This document shows positions 9,397 to 19,058 of a stretch of 64,000 nt of DNA, piece by piece; the stretch's first letter is position 1, and each line of letters begins with the position of its first letter. The position numbers and the translations under genes are program-made. This DNA comes from Candidatus Poseidoniales archaeon (lineage in GTDB: Archaea; Thermoplasmatota; Poseidoniia; Poseidoniales; Thalassarchaeaceae): the NCBI GenBank assembly GCA_012964335.1, contig DTUF01000024.1, positions 35,853 through 99,852 of the forward strand, written 5' to 3'. Below the pieces are notes generated by a model. That model was not told the origin of the DNA, did no database searches, and was given only the letters and a program-made list of their open reading frames with translations.

Positions 9397-10578
9397 TCAA
9401 ATTAGGTTAACAATTTTACCAGCGGTTTCGTAAGCGATTAGAATCTCATCTAATTGGCCCTCTGTTAATCCAGTTGACAATTGATTGCGGACCCTCGCTT
9501 TATCTCGCGCTACCATCGGGAAGACAATCGCGCCAACAACAACACCGAGTTTGCGCATCTCATCAGACAATTGCTTCGCAACTGAAGATTCGCCACACAT
9601 TACAGGAATTATCGGAGTTGTTGACATTCCTAAATCGAAGCCAAGCGATTCCATTTCTCGCCGGAATCTATCGGTATTTTCCCACAACCTAGCATGGTGC
9701 TCTGGCTCATCCATCAACACCTCTACAGCTGCCTTTTGAGCCGCCGCAATACCAGGTGGTTGACTGCCCGACAGCAACCAAGAACGTGAGTGATTTAATG
9801 CATGATTGCGGACCTGTTCGCTACCCGCAACTATTCCTCCTTGAACACCTAGAGCCTTGGAGAAAGACCCAATCTCAAAGTCAACTCGTCCCTGTAATTT
9901 GAAATGGTCAACAATGCCAGCGCCTCGGTCACCAAGAACGCCCTCACCATGACAATCGTCTACGAACACCATTGCCCCATGCTCCTCGGCAAGTGCAGTT
10001 ATTTCGTCAAGTGGTGCAACATCCCCATCCATGGAAAATACCCCATCCGTAATGATTAGTTTCCGCTCGCTTCCGGAGTTCTGACGAAGAACTTCTTCTA
10101 ATGCAGCAACATCGTTGTGTGGGTAAACTGCCCGGCTTGCCTTGGTTAGGCGTACACCGTCAATTATAGATCCGTGATTTAGTTCATCTGAGATGATAAC
10201 ATCCTCTTTCCCGGTCACCAAAGTTGGGATGAGTCCAACGTTTGCAGTATATCCTGATGAGTAGATAAGAGAGGCTTCAACTCCTTTGAATTCAGCGACC
10301 TTTTTTTCTGCTTCAAGGTGAATATCCATAGTGCCACTGATAGCCCTTACTGAACCGCTTCCAGCGCCGTATTTTTTGGTCGCTTCCACTGCCGCAGCAA
10401 TGACTTTTGGATGGGTTGTCAAATTGAGGTAATTGTTTGCTGAGAGCATAATCATCTCTTTTCCATCAACTGTACAACTAGGCGTACTGGCTGATTCTAG
10501 AGTTGGTGGTTCCCACAGTAGATTTTGCGATTTCAGCGTTTCAAAACGCTCGCGCATCCAAGGAATATCTCTCGCCAT
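9397..10578 (-). CDS. kbl: Glycine C-acetyltransferase / 8-amino-7-oxononanoate synthase family PLP enzyme
   Basis: SANNYLNL, SDELNHGSIIDG, DGVFSMDG, DDCHGEG, GSFSKALG (PLP lysine). Confidence 0.85.
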   Translation of the reverse strand: MARDIPWMRERFETLKSQNLLWEPPTLESASTPSCTVDGKEMIMLSANNYLNLTTHPKVIAAAVEATKKYGAGSGSVRAISGTMDIHLEAEKKVAEFKGVEASLIYSSGYTANVGLIPTLVTGKEDVIISDELNHGSIIDGVRLTKASRAVYPHNDVAALEEVLRQNSGSERKLIITDGVFSMDGDVAPLDEITALAEEHGAMVFVDDCHGEGVLGDRGAGIVDHFKLQGRVDFEIGSFSKALGVQGGIVAGSEQVRNHALNHSRSWLLSGSQPPGIAAAQKAAVEVLMDEPEHHARLWENTDRFRREMESLGFDLGMSTTPIIPVMCGESSVAKQLSDEMRKLGVVVGAIVFPMVARDKARVRNQLSTGLTEGQLDEILIAYETAGKIVNLI

Positions 10579-10656
10579 TAAGTGGGCAACTGCGCGCCCA
10601 CTTCTTTTTGATTGCGCACACTAACTCAGGTATCTACAAGTAGATAATTTTCTTCT

Positions 10657-11580
10657 TCAGAGGATTTTAGCGATTTCATCGCCAAGTATTGGTAACGCCT
10701 CTTCCCAAGTTGAAACTATGCCATAATCTGCCACCTTGAAAATTGGTGCTTCTGGGTCTTTATTGATTGCAACAATGTACTTGCTAGTACGCATTCCTGC
10801 CAAATGTTGAATCGCACCTGAAATACCAACTGCAATGTAGAGGCTTGGATTAACTGTCTTTCCAGTTTGGCCCACCTGCATAGAGTGAGGGATTTCATCC
10901 CATGTGTCTACAGCGGCTCTGCTAGCACCGACCGCCGCCCCTAACTTATCTGAAAGTGCATACAAATGCTCAAAATTATCTGGACTGCCCATTCCTCTGC
11001 CTCCTGAAATGATGATATCTGCATCGGAAACATCGAGTCTAGCGCTAGCCTTTGCGATTGCTTCTTGAACGGCAATTTTCACATCACCACTTTGCTGAAC
11101 AGTAGCAGATTCGGCATTACCACCATCTCCAGCTGGAGGGAAGGTGTTCGAGCGGAGTGTGACTACACAATCGTCACCAACGGTAACTTCTTGCATTGCT
11201 TTTCCAGAATAAATCGGATGAGTCATTGTCAGCCCTTGTGAAATTGCTACAACATCCTGCACCACAGGTATACCACGGCGGGCTGCGATCCTTGCAGCCA
11301 CATCTCTACCTTGAGCGCTAGCCGCTCCAATGATGACACCAGTGCCAGCCGCAGCATCAAACGCTGCAGCCCAAGCACCGCCATCAAATGTTGAGAAACA
11401 ATCCCCAATAACTGAGAGAACTTTTCCAACGCCAGCAATTCCTGCCGCCGTATCTGCGCCGGCTCCCCCAGCACATAGGATAGTAGGTGATGCACCTAAG
11501 GATGTGGCCGCCCCAACTAATTGGTTAGTCACTGGATGTAAATTGTCTCCTTGAGTTTCTGCAATGATTGTAATGTCCAT
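10657..11580 (-). CDS. etfA: Electron transfer flavoprotein alpha subunit
   Basis: IISGGRG, GASRAAVD, QVGQTGK, GISGAIQHLAGM, AINKDPEAPIF. Confidence 0.96.
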   Translation of the reverse strand: MDITIIAETQGDNLHPVTNQLVGAATSLGASPTILCAGGAGADTAAGIAGVGKVLSVIGDCFSTFDGGAWAAAFDAAAGTGVIIGAASAQGRDVAARIAARRGIPVVQDVVAISQGLTMTHPIYSGKAMQEVTVGDDCVVTLRSNTFPPAGDGGNAESATVQQSGDVKIAVQEAIAKASARLDVSDADIIISGGRGMGSPDNFEHLYALSDKLGAAVGASRAAVDTWDEIPHSMQVGQTGKTVNPSLYIAVGISGAIQHLAGMRTSKYIVAINKDPEAPIFKVADYGIVSTWEEALPILGDEIAKIL

Positions 11581-11591
11581 CTATACCCCTC

Positions 11592-12332
11592 CTACAGCAC
11601 CTTTGCCTCGTCACGTAATAATCCAACAACTTCAGGCACACTTTCTGAGCCTTCGTAGGTTTTGCCCGGTGGTTTTTGAGCAGGGGATGAATGACCGTTG
11701 AAATTAACTTGTGATGCGCTAACATCGCCACCTACAACCTCAATTTGAGCCCGCTTAGCCATCATGATTCCACGAACATTAGGACGGCGCAACTCATTCT
11801 GAGTTTTTGTGAAAGTTACTACTGCTGGAGATGACACAGTCACTCTCTCGCTACCACTTGCAGTTGGCCTTAGGTAGGAGCCTGCTGAATCAGACTCGCT
11901 CACTTCTGAAACACAAGCCGCACCAAGAATTTCTGCGATTCCTGGTCCAGTGGAACCCTGATTGCGGTCTGCTGATTGCTTTCCGCAGTAGACCAAATCT
12001 ACGCCGGCCGCTGTGACAGCGTTTGCGAGCGCAGCCTGTACCTGATTTGAATCCAAATCTTGCCAGTCATCTTGCCAAATTCGCACCAACTTGGTGACTC
12101 CAAGTGCTGCTGCATCTTTCAGGACCTTGTCGGCTCTTGCTGGACCCAAAGTAATCGCAGTGATTGAACCACCAGCCGCTTCTATGTGTTGCAATGCGGC
12201 CTCGAAAGCGTACTCATCGTACGGGCTGGTTACCCAACTTGCAATTGCAGATTCATCTACACGACCATTGACTACAACGATCTTGGCGTTGGTGTCGGGT
12301 ACTTGCTTCAACAACACGGCAATTTCTACCAT
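11592..12332 (-). CDS. etfB: Electron transfer flavoprotein beta subunit
   Basis: KQVPDT, PYDEYAFEAAL, CGKQSAD, RRPNVRGIMMAK; adjacent to etfA. Confidence 0.95.
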   Translation of the reverse strand: MVEIAVLLKQVPDTNAKIVVVNGRVDESAIASWVTSPYDEYAFEAALQHIEAAGGSITAITLGPARADKVLKDAAALGVTKLVRIWQDDWQDLDSNQVQAALANAVTAAGVDLVYCGKQSADRNQGSTGPGIAEILGAACVSEVSESDSAGSYLRPTASGSERVTVSSPAVVTFTKTQNELRRPNVRGIMMAKRAQIEVVGGDVSASQVNFNGHSSPAQKPPGKTYEGSESVPEVVGLLRDEAKVL

Positions 12333-12444
12333 GGTGCGGGCGACTTAGGATGCCTCTATGAACATTTAGACTAAACAAACATCTGCTCTTACAGAGCAAA
12401 TCAGAAAAAATACTTCAAAAATCCAAATTCTTGCTCTTTTTTGT

Positions 12445-13626
12445 TCAAATAGAACGGGTGAAACTCTGGATACCTGTGATATGACGTCCTATAATCAAAT
12501 TATGAATATCGTGTGTACCTTCATAGGTCTTGACAGATTCTAAATTTGCCATATGCCGCATAATGCAATACTCATCTAATATCCCATTAGCACCATGAAT
12601 ATCCCTAGCCTCTCTAGCGATTTGAAGAGCGATGTCAACATTGTTCATCTTAGCGAGTGAAATATGTTCAGGAATCCATGAGCCATTATCCTTCTTCCGT
12701 CCTAGCTCAAGCGCTAACAATTGCCCTTTGGTAATCTCCCTCAACATCCAAGCCAACTTGTTCTGTACAAGTTGGTAAGCAGCAATTGGATGGTCAAATT
12801 GAATGCGCGAAAGTGAATATTCCCTTGCCGAATTAAAGCAAGCTTGAGCCGCCCCAATAACTCCCCACGAAATCCCGTAACGAGCATTGTTTAAGCAAGA
12901 AAAAGGACCTTTCAATCCCTCCACCCCGGGTAAAATCCTATCTTTGGGAATCTTGCAATCCTGAAACACCAACTCACTAGTCACACTAGCCTTCAGCGAG
13001 TGCTTCCCTGTCATTTCTGGAGCGGAGTATCCTTCATCACCGGTCTCAACAATGAAACCACGAATAACGCCATCCAATTTTGCCCAAACCACTGCCAAGT
13101 CTGAATTCGTGCCATTTGTAATCCACATTTTAGCACCATTCAACAGATAGTGGTCTCCTTTGTCTTCAGCCTTGGTAATCATGTCACCCGGATTTGAACC
13201 ATAATCTGGCTCAGTCAATCCGAAACAGCCGATTAAATCACCTGTTGCCATTTTCGGCAAGTATTTGTTCTTCTGTTCTTCGCTACCAAAGTCCCAAATT
13301 GGATACATTGCTAAAGAACCCTGCACACTTGCAAATGAGCGAAGTCCAGAGTCACCACGTTCCAACTCTCGGCAAATTACACCATATGCCACATAGGATA
13401 GACCTGGGCAGCCATAGCCTTCTAGCGGTGCGCCAAGCACACCCATTTCACCAAGTGCTACACGCCATTCGTCAGGAAAAACACCATCACTGCAAGCCTT
13501 TTCAATTTTTGGAAGTACTTCATCCTCAACCCAGTCGCGAACCATATCACGAACCATTATTTCCTCATCGGTAAGTTGTGAATCAAGATCATAGAAATCA
13601 AGTGCTTCGTACACCATCTCTGTCAC
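12445..13626 (-). CDS. gcdH: Glutaryl-CoA dehydrogenase (acyl-CoA dehydrogenase family)
   Basis: ELERGDSGLRS, SVQGSL, GCFGLTEPDYGSNP, KMWITNG, NLESVKTYEGTHDIH. Confidence 0.88.
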   Translation of the reverse strand: MTEMVYEALDFYDLDSQLTDEEIMVRDMVRDWVEDEVLPKIEKACSDGVFPDEWRVALGEMGVLGAPLEGYGCPGLSYVAYGVICRELERGDSGLRSFASVQGSLAMYPIWDFGSEEQKNKYLPKMATGDLIGCFGLTEPDYGSNPGDMITKAEDKGDHYLLNGAKMWITNGTNSDLAVVWAKLDGVIRGFIVETGDEGYSAPEMTGKHSLKASVTSELVFQDCKIPKDRILPGVEGLKGPFSCLNNARYGISWGVIGAAQACFNSAREYSLSRIQFDHPIAAYQLVQNKLAWMLREITKGQLLALELGRKKDNGSWIPEHISLAKMNNVDIALQIAREARDIHGANGILDEYCIMRHMANLESVKTYEGTHDIHNLIIGRHITGIQSFTRSI

Positions 13627-13682
13627 CCTTGATTATCTGCGGCCTTCAACGGCTCATCAATGCTCCGATTGAGTCTGTTGCT

Positions 13683-14945
13683 TCACTTTTTAGCACCCTT
13701 TCTCGCTTTGCCTTTCAATTGACCTTTCTTTACCTTAGCCGCCTCTCTTTTCGCAGCCAATCGACCATTTGACCAAGCCATGTATCTTTTCTGCAAGGCT
13801 GGCGAACTCATGTAAATCAATCCTACAACTACACCAGGAACTGCGATAATTACAAGCATTGGAGCAAGGGCTGCTACTAAATTTTCTGAAATTGTATTTT
13901 GGGGTGGATAATAATACACCACTCGACCGTAAGAAGTAACAGCATAACCTTCGTCAGAATTGATTGACCAGCCGCCCACCAGTGTCTCCCCTCTGAGTGC
14001 CACATCATCTCCTGTTGCATCTGAATTATCCAACCAGGGATATGCCAACCCCATCTCATCAGTACCGGCTTTGATATCCCAATCAACCCATCCAAAAGGT
14101 GCTGTTTGGAATAGTAAGTGGTCCTTGTCACGGACATGTATTCCAGTGAACTCTCCAGAAATTTCAACATTCTTGACTAGCACAAATGAACTTGCAGGAT
14201 TGTTCAAATCTAATTCAACAATGCCGACTGAATGACCTTGACCAACTCCAAAACACCTGTCTCTCTCAACGTGAGGGCATTCTACTGAGAACCATCTCGT
14301 TCCTTCACTGCCTGGAAGCCAGTGAAGTTCATGCTGTTGATCAATAACAGCCAAACCATTCGATTCAGTTGCTACCAGACACATTGCATGCATCTTGTGA
14401 AGACAACTAATGTCTAGAATTGGTGAACTCTTACTATTATTCAATGGGAAATATTCTGTATTGCCGTTAGCATCCTCACGGAATCTAGTAATGACTCCAC
14501 TAGCGGCTCCAATGTAAGCCCAGTTACCAGATGAATCCCACGTAACAGCATTCAAGTTTTGAGCCAACAAATTTGCTGTTGAACCAGGCACATGAGTTAC
14601 TGAATGGTCATCTCTTGTATAACGCAGGAGTGTGCCATCATCTCCAGCGATTAAAGCGGTGAGTCCTTGAGGATGCCAATCAACATCATTTAGGTCATCT
14701 TGATCATTAGAATTCAATTGAACCTGATTGAATGGTTTTCCTGCTGCAATAAAATGAGCATAACCAAGTGTTCCAATCAAAAGCATATCCTCTCCTGATG
14801 GTGAAACTGCTAGAGCATCAATACCCATATCTGATTCGCCAATGAACAGTTCTGTCGACACAGCAACCACCGAATTACTCTCTTGAGCCAATGCGGTTGG
14901 GATTAGTAGAAGCAGCAATACTAGAGGTAAGGTGACCCGCCGCAT
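13683..14945 (-). CDS. Secreted WD40/beta-propeller protein with C-terminal membrane anchor
   Basis: Signal peptide MRRVTLPLVLLLLLIPTALA, WD-like blades (LNDVDWHPQG, LNAVTWDSSG), C-terminal TM plus basic tail; start moved to ATG 14945. Confidence 0.7.
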   Translation of the reverse strand: MRRVTLPLVLLLLLIPTALAQESNSVVAVSTELFIGESDMGIDALAVSPSGEDMLLIGTLGYAHFIAAGKPFNQVQLNSNDQDDLNDVDWHPQGLTALIAGDDGTLLRYTRDDHSVTHVPGSTANLLAQNLNAVTWDSSGNWAYIGAASGVITRFREDANGNTEYFPLNNSKSSPILDISCLHKMHAMCLVATESNGLAVIDQQHELHWLPGSEGTRWFSVECPHVERDRCFGVGQGHSVGIVELDLNNPASSFVLVKNVEISGEFTGIHVRDKDHLLFQTAPFGWVDWDIKAGTDEMGLAYPWLDNSDATGDDVALRGETLVGGWSINSDEGYAVTSYGRVVYYYPPQNTISENLVAALAPMLVIIAVPGVVVGLIYMSSPALQKRYMAWSNGRLAAKREAAKVKKGQLKGKARKGAKK

Positions 14946-15023
14946 GAACCACCCCACCGGCACCGGTGATTTATCCTTCACGGATGATTATGAGGAGGGT
15001 TTGGGAGAGTAAGTTTGAACCAC

Positions 15024-15569
15024 ATGAGCCTCTCGGACACGTTCATGGAGACCTTTGAGGTTAAGCGCGGGATGGCTAAGAGTGTATCAGAAGACGGTGG
15101 GCTGGGGGCTCTTGCAGGCAAATATTTTGACGATGTGCAAGCATCCGATGACGATGGATTTAAAGGAAAATTTGGAATCTTGTTGAAAGTCGCAGCTCAT
15201 TACAATGTTAAAGGCCAATTAGAAACTGATGTTGAACAGATGAAAGGTGGTGACCTAGAAGAATTCCTTTCAGCCGATGGTGGTCGAGAAAAAGCAATGG
15301 ATTCTCGCCGACGCTGGTCGGAATTCCTAGACTCTGCAACTGGATATTCGCCAAAACAGCGCGGCGACAAAGCGAAAGAAGCAACTAAGAAGGCATCTAA
15401 GGCAAAATCTGCAGTTTCACAAGCACGTCATTTCATGAAACTGTCAGATGTGAGTGATGAAAAGTCAGCTTTGGCTGAAGAATTAATCACTGAAATTCAG
15501 GCATGCCTAGACAGGGGCGACTTCACCCGTGCCGCAAGCCGTGGCGAAAAACTAGGGAAATTATTCTGA
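15024..15569 (+). CDS. DUF5611-like archaeal conserved protein
   Basis: F.VKRG near the N-terminus and RRRWSEFLDSATGYSPKQR motif resemble DUF5611; recognised by eye. Confidence 0.6.
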   Translation: MSLSDTFMETFEVKRGMAKSVSEDGGLGALAGKYFDDVQASDDDGFKGKFGILLKVAAHYNVKGQLETDVEQMKGGDLEEFLSADGGREKAMDSRRRWSEFLDSATGYSPKQRGDKAKEATKKASKAKSAVSQARHFMKLSDVSDEKSALAEELITEIQACLDRGDFTRAASRGEKLGKLF

Positions 15570-15581
15570 TGGTGAAAAATT

Positions 15582-16694
15582 ATGGAAAACGAAGACCTCT
15601 CTCCGCTTTCAGCAGAGCACAAAGAGAAAGTCTTAGCGATGTTCACCGATGCTGATGAGGTGGTTGGTGTAAATCACCTAGTTGACTGCCTAAGTAATTC
15701 CACTTCACATGCAGGTGATGGCATCATCAGAGCCTATGTTGGATTTGAACCATCAGGAAAAGCACATATCGGCTGGAAAGTGATTGCACAAACTCTCAGA
15801 CGCCTGCTTGATGCAGATGTAAACGTACTAATTTTCCTTGCCGATTGGCACGCTTGGGTGAATGACAAATTTGCCGGCGATATGGACAAAATCCGGACTA
15901 CAGGCCGCTACATGGAAGAGGTGTTTAGAGCACTACTTGGACACCCAGAAGAAGGCGATGGGGCTGGCCAACTACGGTTTCTCTATGCTAGTGAACTAAT
16001 GGACTCTGGAGATTATTGGGCGCGTGTATTGAAGTGTTCAAAGAATATGAGTTTAGATCGTGTGCGTCGAACTTTCAGCATAATGGGAAGAGACGAGGAT
16101 TCTTCTGATGGTGACCTGTCAAAATTCTTCTATCCAGCAATGCAAGCAGCTGACATATTTGAGTTACAGATTGACATCGCCATAGGTGGCATGGACCAAC
16201 GTAAAGCACACATGTACATGCGACGGGTTGCAGACCGCCACAATTGGTTGAAAGCAACCTGCGTCCACACACCTATTCTTTCAGGACTCAAAGCATCAGG
16301 AGCACGAATGGAGTCTTTTGACCACAAGATGAGTAAATCAGACCCAGGCGGAGCAATCTTGCTACATGATGATGCCAAGAAGATGCGAAAGAAGATGCGT
16401 AAGGCATACCTTGACCCACAAGACGAGAAATCACCTGTTTACGAGTTAGTGGAACACATTGTTCTCCCTGAGTTAGGAACCTTGACTGTCACGCCAAAAC
16501 CAGAGTACGGAGAACCTAGCACGTGGGACAACCTAGACTCCCTAAGGGCCGCCCTAGCGAGCGGGGAAGTTCACCCCTTAGACCTCAAATTCGGGGTCGC
16601 TGACGCTGTTGCAGAGACTTTAGCGCCTCTAACAGCCCATTTCGATAAAAAACCAGAACTACTTGATGAAATCAATGAGATTACTGGGAATTAA
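15582..16694 (+). CDS. tyrS: Tyrosine--tRNA ligase (archaeal type)
   Basis: AYVGFEPSGKAHIG (HIGH-like), YPAMQAADIF, GGMDQRKAH, KMSKS. Confidence 0.95.
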   Translation: MENEDLSPLSAEHKEKVLAMFTDADEVVGVNHLVDCLSNSTSHAGDGIIRAYVGFEPSGKAHIGWKVIAQTLRRLLDADVNVLIFLADWHAWVNDKFAGDMDKIRTTGRYMEEVFRALLGHPEEGDGAGQLRFLYASELMDSGDYWARVLKCSKNMSLDRVRRTFSIMGRDEDSSDGDLSKFFYPAMQAADIFELQIDIAIGGMDQRKAHMYMRRVADRHNWLKATCVHTPILSGLKASGARMESFDHKMSKSDPGGAILLHDDAKKMRKKMRKAYLDPQDEKSPVYELVEHIVLPELGTLTVTPKPEYGEPSTWDNLDSLRAALASGEVHPLDLKFGVADAVAETLAPLTAHFDKKPELLDEINEITGN

Positions 16695-16804
16695 ATTTTC
16701 AACTTATAGGATTTCAAATTGACTGCCTATTCTGCCATGATGCATATTCATGTCGGGAGAGGGTTCTAATGCAATGGGCTTGCGGATTTAGATTAGTGGT
16801 TAAC

Positions 16805-18361
16805 ATGATAAATGTCGGAATCGATGATATCGCAATCCATTTTCCAAAAATTTACTTCGATATGAAGGACTTTGCAGAAATGAGAGGTGCAGACTATGGT
16901 AAACTCAATCGAGGATTAGGCCTCTCAGCGATGTCTGTGCCAGACATTCACGAAGATACTGCAACTATGGGTGCAAATGCTGTCACCCGTCTAATAGACC
17001 GTAATGGGTTAGACCCAAATGAAATTGGAAGAATGTATCTAGGTACAGAATCTGCCTTAGATGGTGCGAAACCAACTGCGACATACATCTTGGATATGCT
17101 AACCCAACGATATTCAAAACAATACGGTGAAGATTGCTTCCGTAACTGTGATGTTGTTGACATGACATTCGCTTGTATCGGTGCGGTTGATGCTCTTCAC
17201 AACACACTTGATTGGGTCGCTCGTGGCGGCTTAGATGATGGAAGAGTAGGTGTAGTTGTCTTCTCTGACAATGCAAAGTATGACCTTGAATCTAGTGGAG
17301 AGTATACACAAGGAGCAGGTGGAGGTGCTATTCTTGTGCGTCACAATCCACGTCTCATCGCCATCCCTGATACCTGGGGAATCTCGACAACTCCTGTACA
17401 CGACTTCTTCAAGCCACGGCGTGAAGTATCTCTCACCTCAATTATTACCCATGTACTCCAACTTGCACGTGAAACCGGCGAGACACTCAAAGATGGAGTG
17501 GCCGAGCGGATGATTAAACATCTACCAGAATCTACCGTTCGCCGACTTGGAATTTTTGCTCACGGCGAAGAAAAAGTACAGGTTCACCGTGATGAACCTG
17601 TTTTTGATGGACAATTTTCCAACCGATGTTACCAAGAAGCTGTGAAAACCGCTTTCTTAGACTTTCAGCGTAAAGCCGTGAAGAGTGGCCGCTATAATGC
17701 TGAAACTGATGAAATTCTTACAGAACAATGGATTCGGATCATAATGCATCTACCTTATGCTTTCCAAGCAAAGAGAATGTTCCCAGATGTGTTCCGCCAC
17801 GACCGCAGAAATGAACCAATGTGGCAGGATGTCATTGCTGAGATTGGTGATGAACCAGACCGAGCAGAGTTTGATGACACCCCAGAAGGAGAGACCGAGT
17901 GGGATAGGGCACAAGACTTGTACCGCAGAGCAATTGCAAAGACTACACAATACCAAGAATTCCAAAATACTAGAATTGAGAAGGCTCAACGCGCTTCAAG
18001 CCTAATTGGAAATCAATACACCGGTTCTATTTTCCTAGCCATAATGTCAACTTTTGAGTCTGATTATGAGGATAACGAAAATATTGAGAATAATTATTTT
18101 GGATTATGTGGATACGGTTCTGGAGCAAAAGCAAAAGTGTTTGAAGGAAAAGTTTCACCAAAATGGCGAGAGGTTGTATCCCGCTGGAACATGTTTGAGA
18201 GAATGGCAGGCCGAATCGCCATTGACCAATCTACTTACGAAGAACTACACAAAGGACTTCGGGAAATTTCTGTTGTTGAGCCGAAAGGCGAGTTTGCCCT
18301 TGTTGAAATTCAATCCGAAGGGGCCTATGAAGGTGCCAGAACATATCGTTGGGTCGCTTAA
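16805..18361 (+). CDS. mvaS: Hydroxymethylglutaryl-CoA synthase (bacterial type)
   Basis: VGIDDIA, EDTATMGANA, GTES (Glu), FACIGAVDAL (Cys), GEYTQGAG, HLPY (His), GNQYTGS, GYGSG; start moved to ATG 16805. Confidence 0.9.
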   Translation: MINVGIDDIAIHFPKIYFDMKDFAEMRGADYGKLNRGLGLSAMSVPDIHEDTATMGANAVTRLIDRNGLDPNEIGRMYLGTESALDGAKPTATYILDMLTQRYSKQYGEDCFRNCDVVDMTFACIGAVDALHNTLDWVARGGLDDGRVGVVVFSDNAKYDLESSGEYTQGAGGGAILVRHNPRLIAIPDTWGISTTPVHDFFKPRREVSLTSIITHVLQLARETGETLKDGVAERMIKHLPESTVRRLGIFAHGEEKVQVHRDEPVFDGQFSNRCYQEAVKTAFLDFQRKAVKSGRYNAETDEILTEQWIRIIMHLPYAFQAKRMFPDVFRHDRRNEPMWQDVIAEIGDEPDRAEFDDTPEGETEWDRAQDLYRRAIAKTTQYQEFQNTRIEKAQRASSLIGNQYTGSIFLAIMSTFESDYEDNENIENNYFGLCGYGSGAKAKVFEGKVSPKWREVVSRWNMFERMAGRIAIDQSTYEELHKGLREISVVEPKGEFALVEIQSEGAYEGARTYRWVA

Positions 18362-18404
18362 TTAAGTCAATTAATCCCAACAAAACCGATTTCACTAAGT
18401 GGAA

Positions 18405-18929
18405 TCAGACTTCATCTAGGTAAAGGCTTTCTACATAGTCCATATACTCATCTGGAGTAAGAAGGTCTTCTTCATCTAACTCATCAGGCCGGATATTCAT
18501 CAACCAACCATCAATATACGGGTCTTCATTAACTAATTCAGGACTATCCTCAACTTCGCCATTCAATTCTACAACATGACAAGCAACTGGAGCATATATC
18601 ACATGTCTGCCATTGGATGTTCTAAGAGTTGCTAGGGTTTCCTCTTCCAAAACTTCGTGACCACTAGCACCAGCATCTCTGGCACCAGTCCCTATTTGAT
18701 CAGATTCACCATCATCATTAAACTCGTCATACTCATCAACATTTGACTGCTGAGCAAGAACTACTCTAATCATATCCCCAAGTTCAGCCTGAAGAAAATC
18801 GGTAATACCAATTTTGAATAAATCACCTGTTTCATCGTCAGAATCTAACTTTTGATACCAAAGGTGGCCTTTGGAATACTTTCTGTCATCTAAAATCTTG
18901 AATTCAATATAATCGTCCTCTTCTGTCAT
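18405..18929 (-). CDS. Glycine cleavage H-protein-like protein lacking the lipoyl-lysine
   Basis: KYSKGHLW, IGITDFLQAELGD, IYAPV, PELVNEDPY..GW all match GcvH; ESVK is replaced by RTSN. Confidence 0.8.
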   Translation of the reverse strand: MTEEDDYIEFKILDDRKYSKGHLWYQKLDSDDETGDLFKIGITDFLQAELGDMIRVVLAQQSNVDEYDEFNDDGESDQIGTGARDAGASGHEVLEEETLATLRTSNGRHVIYAPVACHVVELNGEVEDSPELVNEDPYIDGWLMNIRPDELDEEDLLTPDEYMDYVESLYLDEV

Positions 18930-19058
18930 TGATGCTCCTCCTTTTGGCGCGGCGACTTTCGCCTAATATTTAACGATTTGAGTTACAATGCCTAAATTTT
19001 AGCAACAAACACCTCATAGCGACCCGTTATGAATAAGATGCGGCTGGCGTAACCACAG

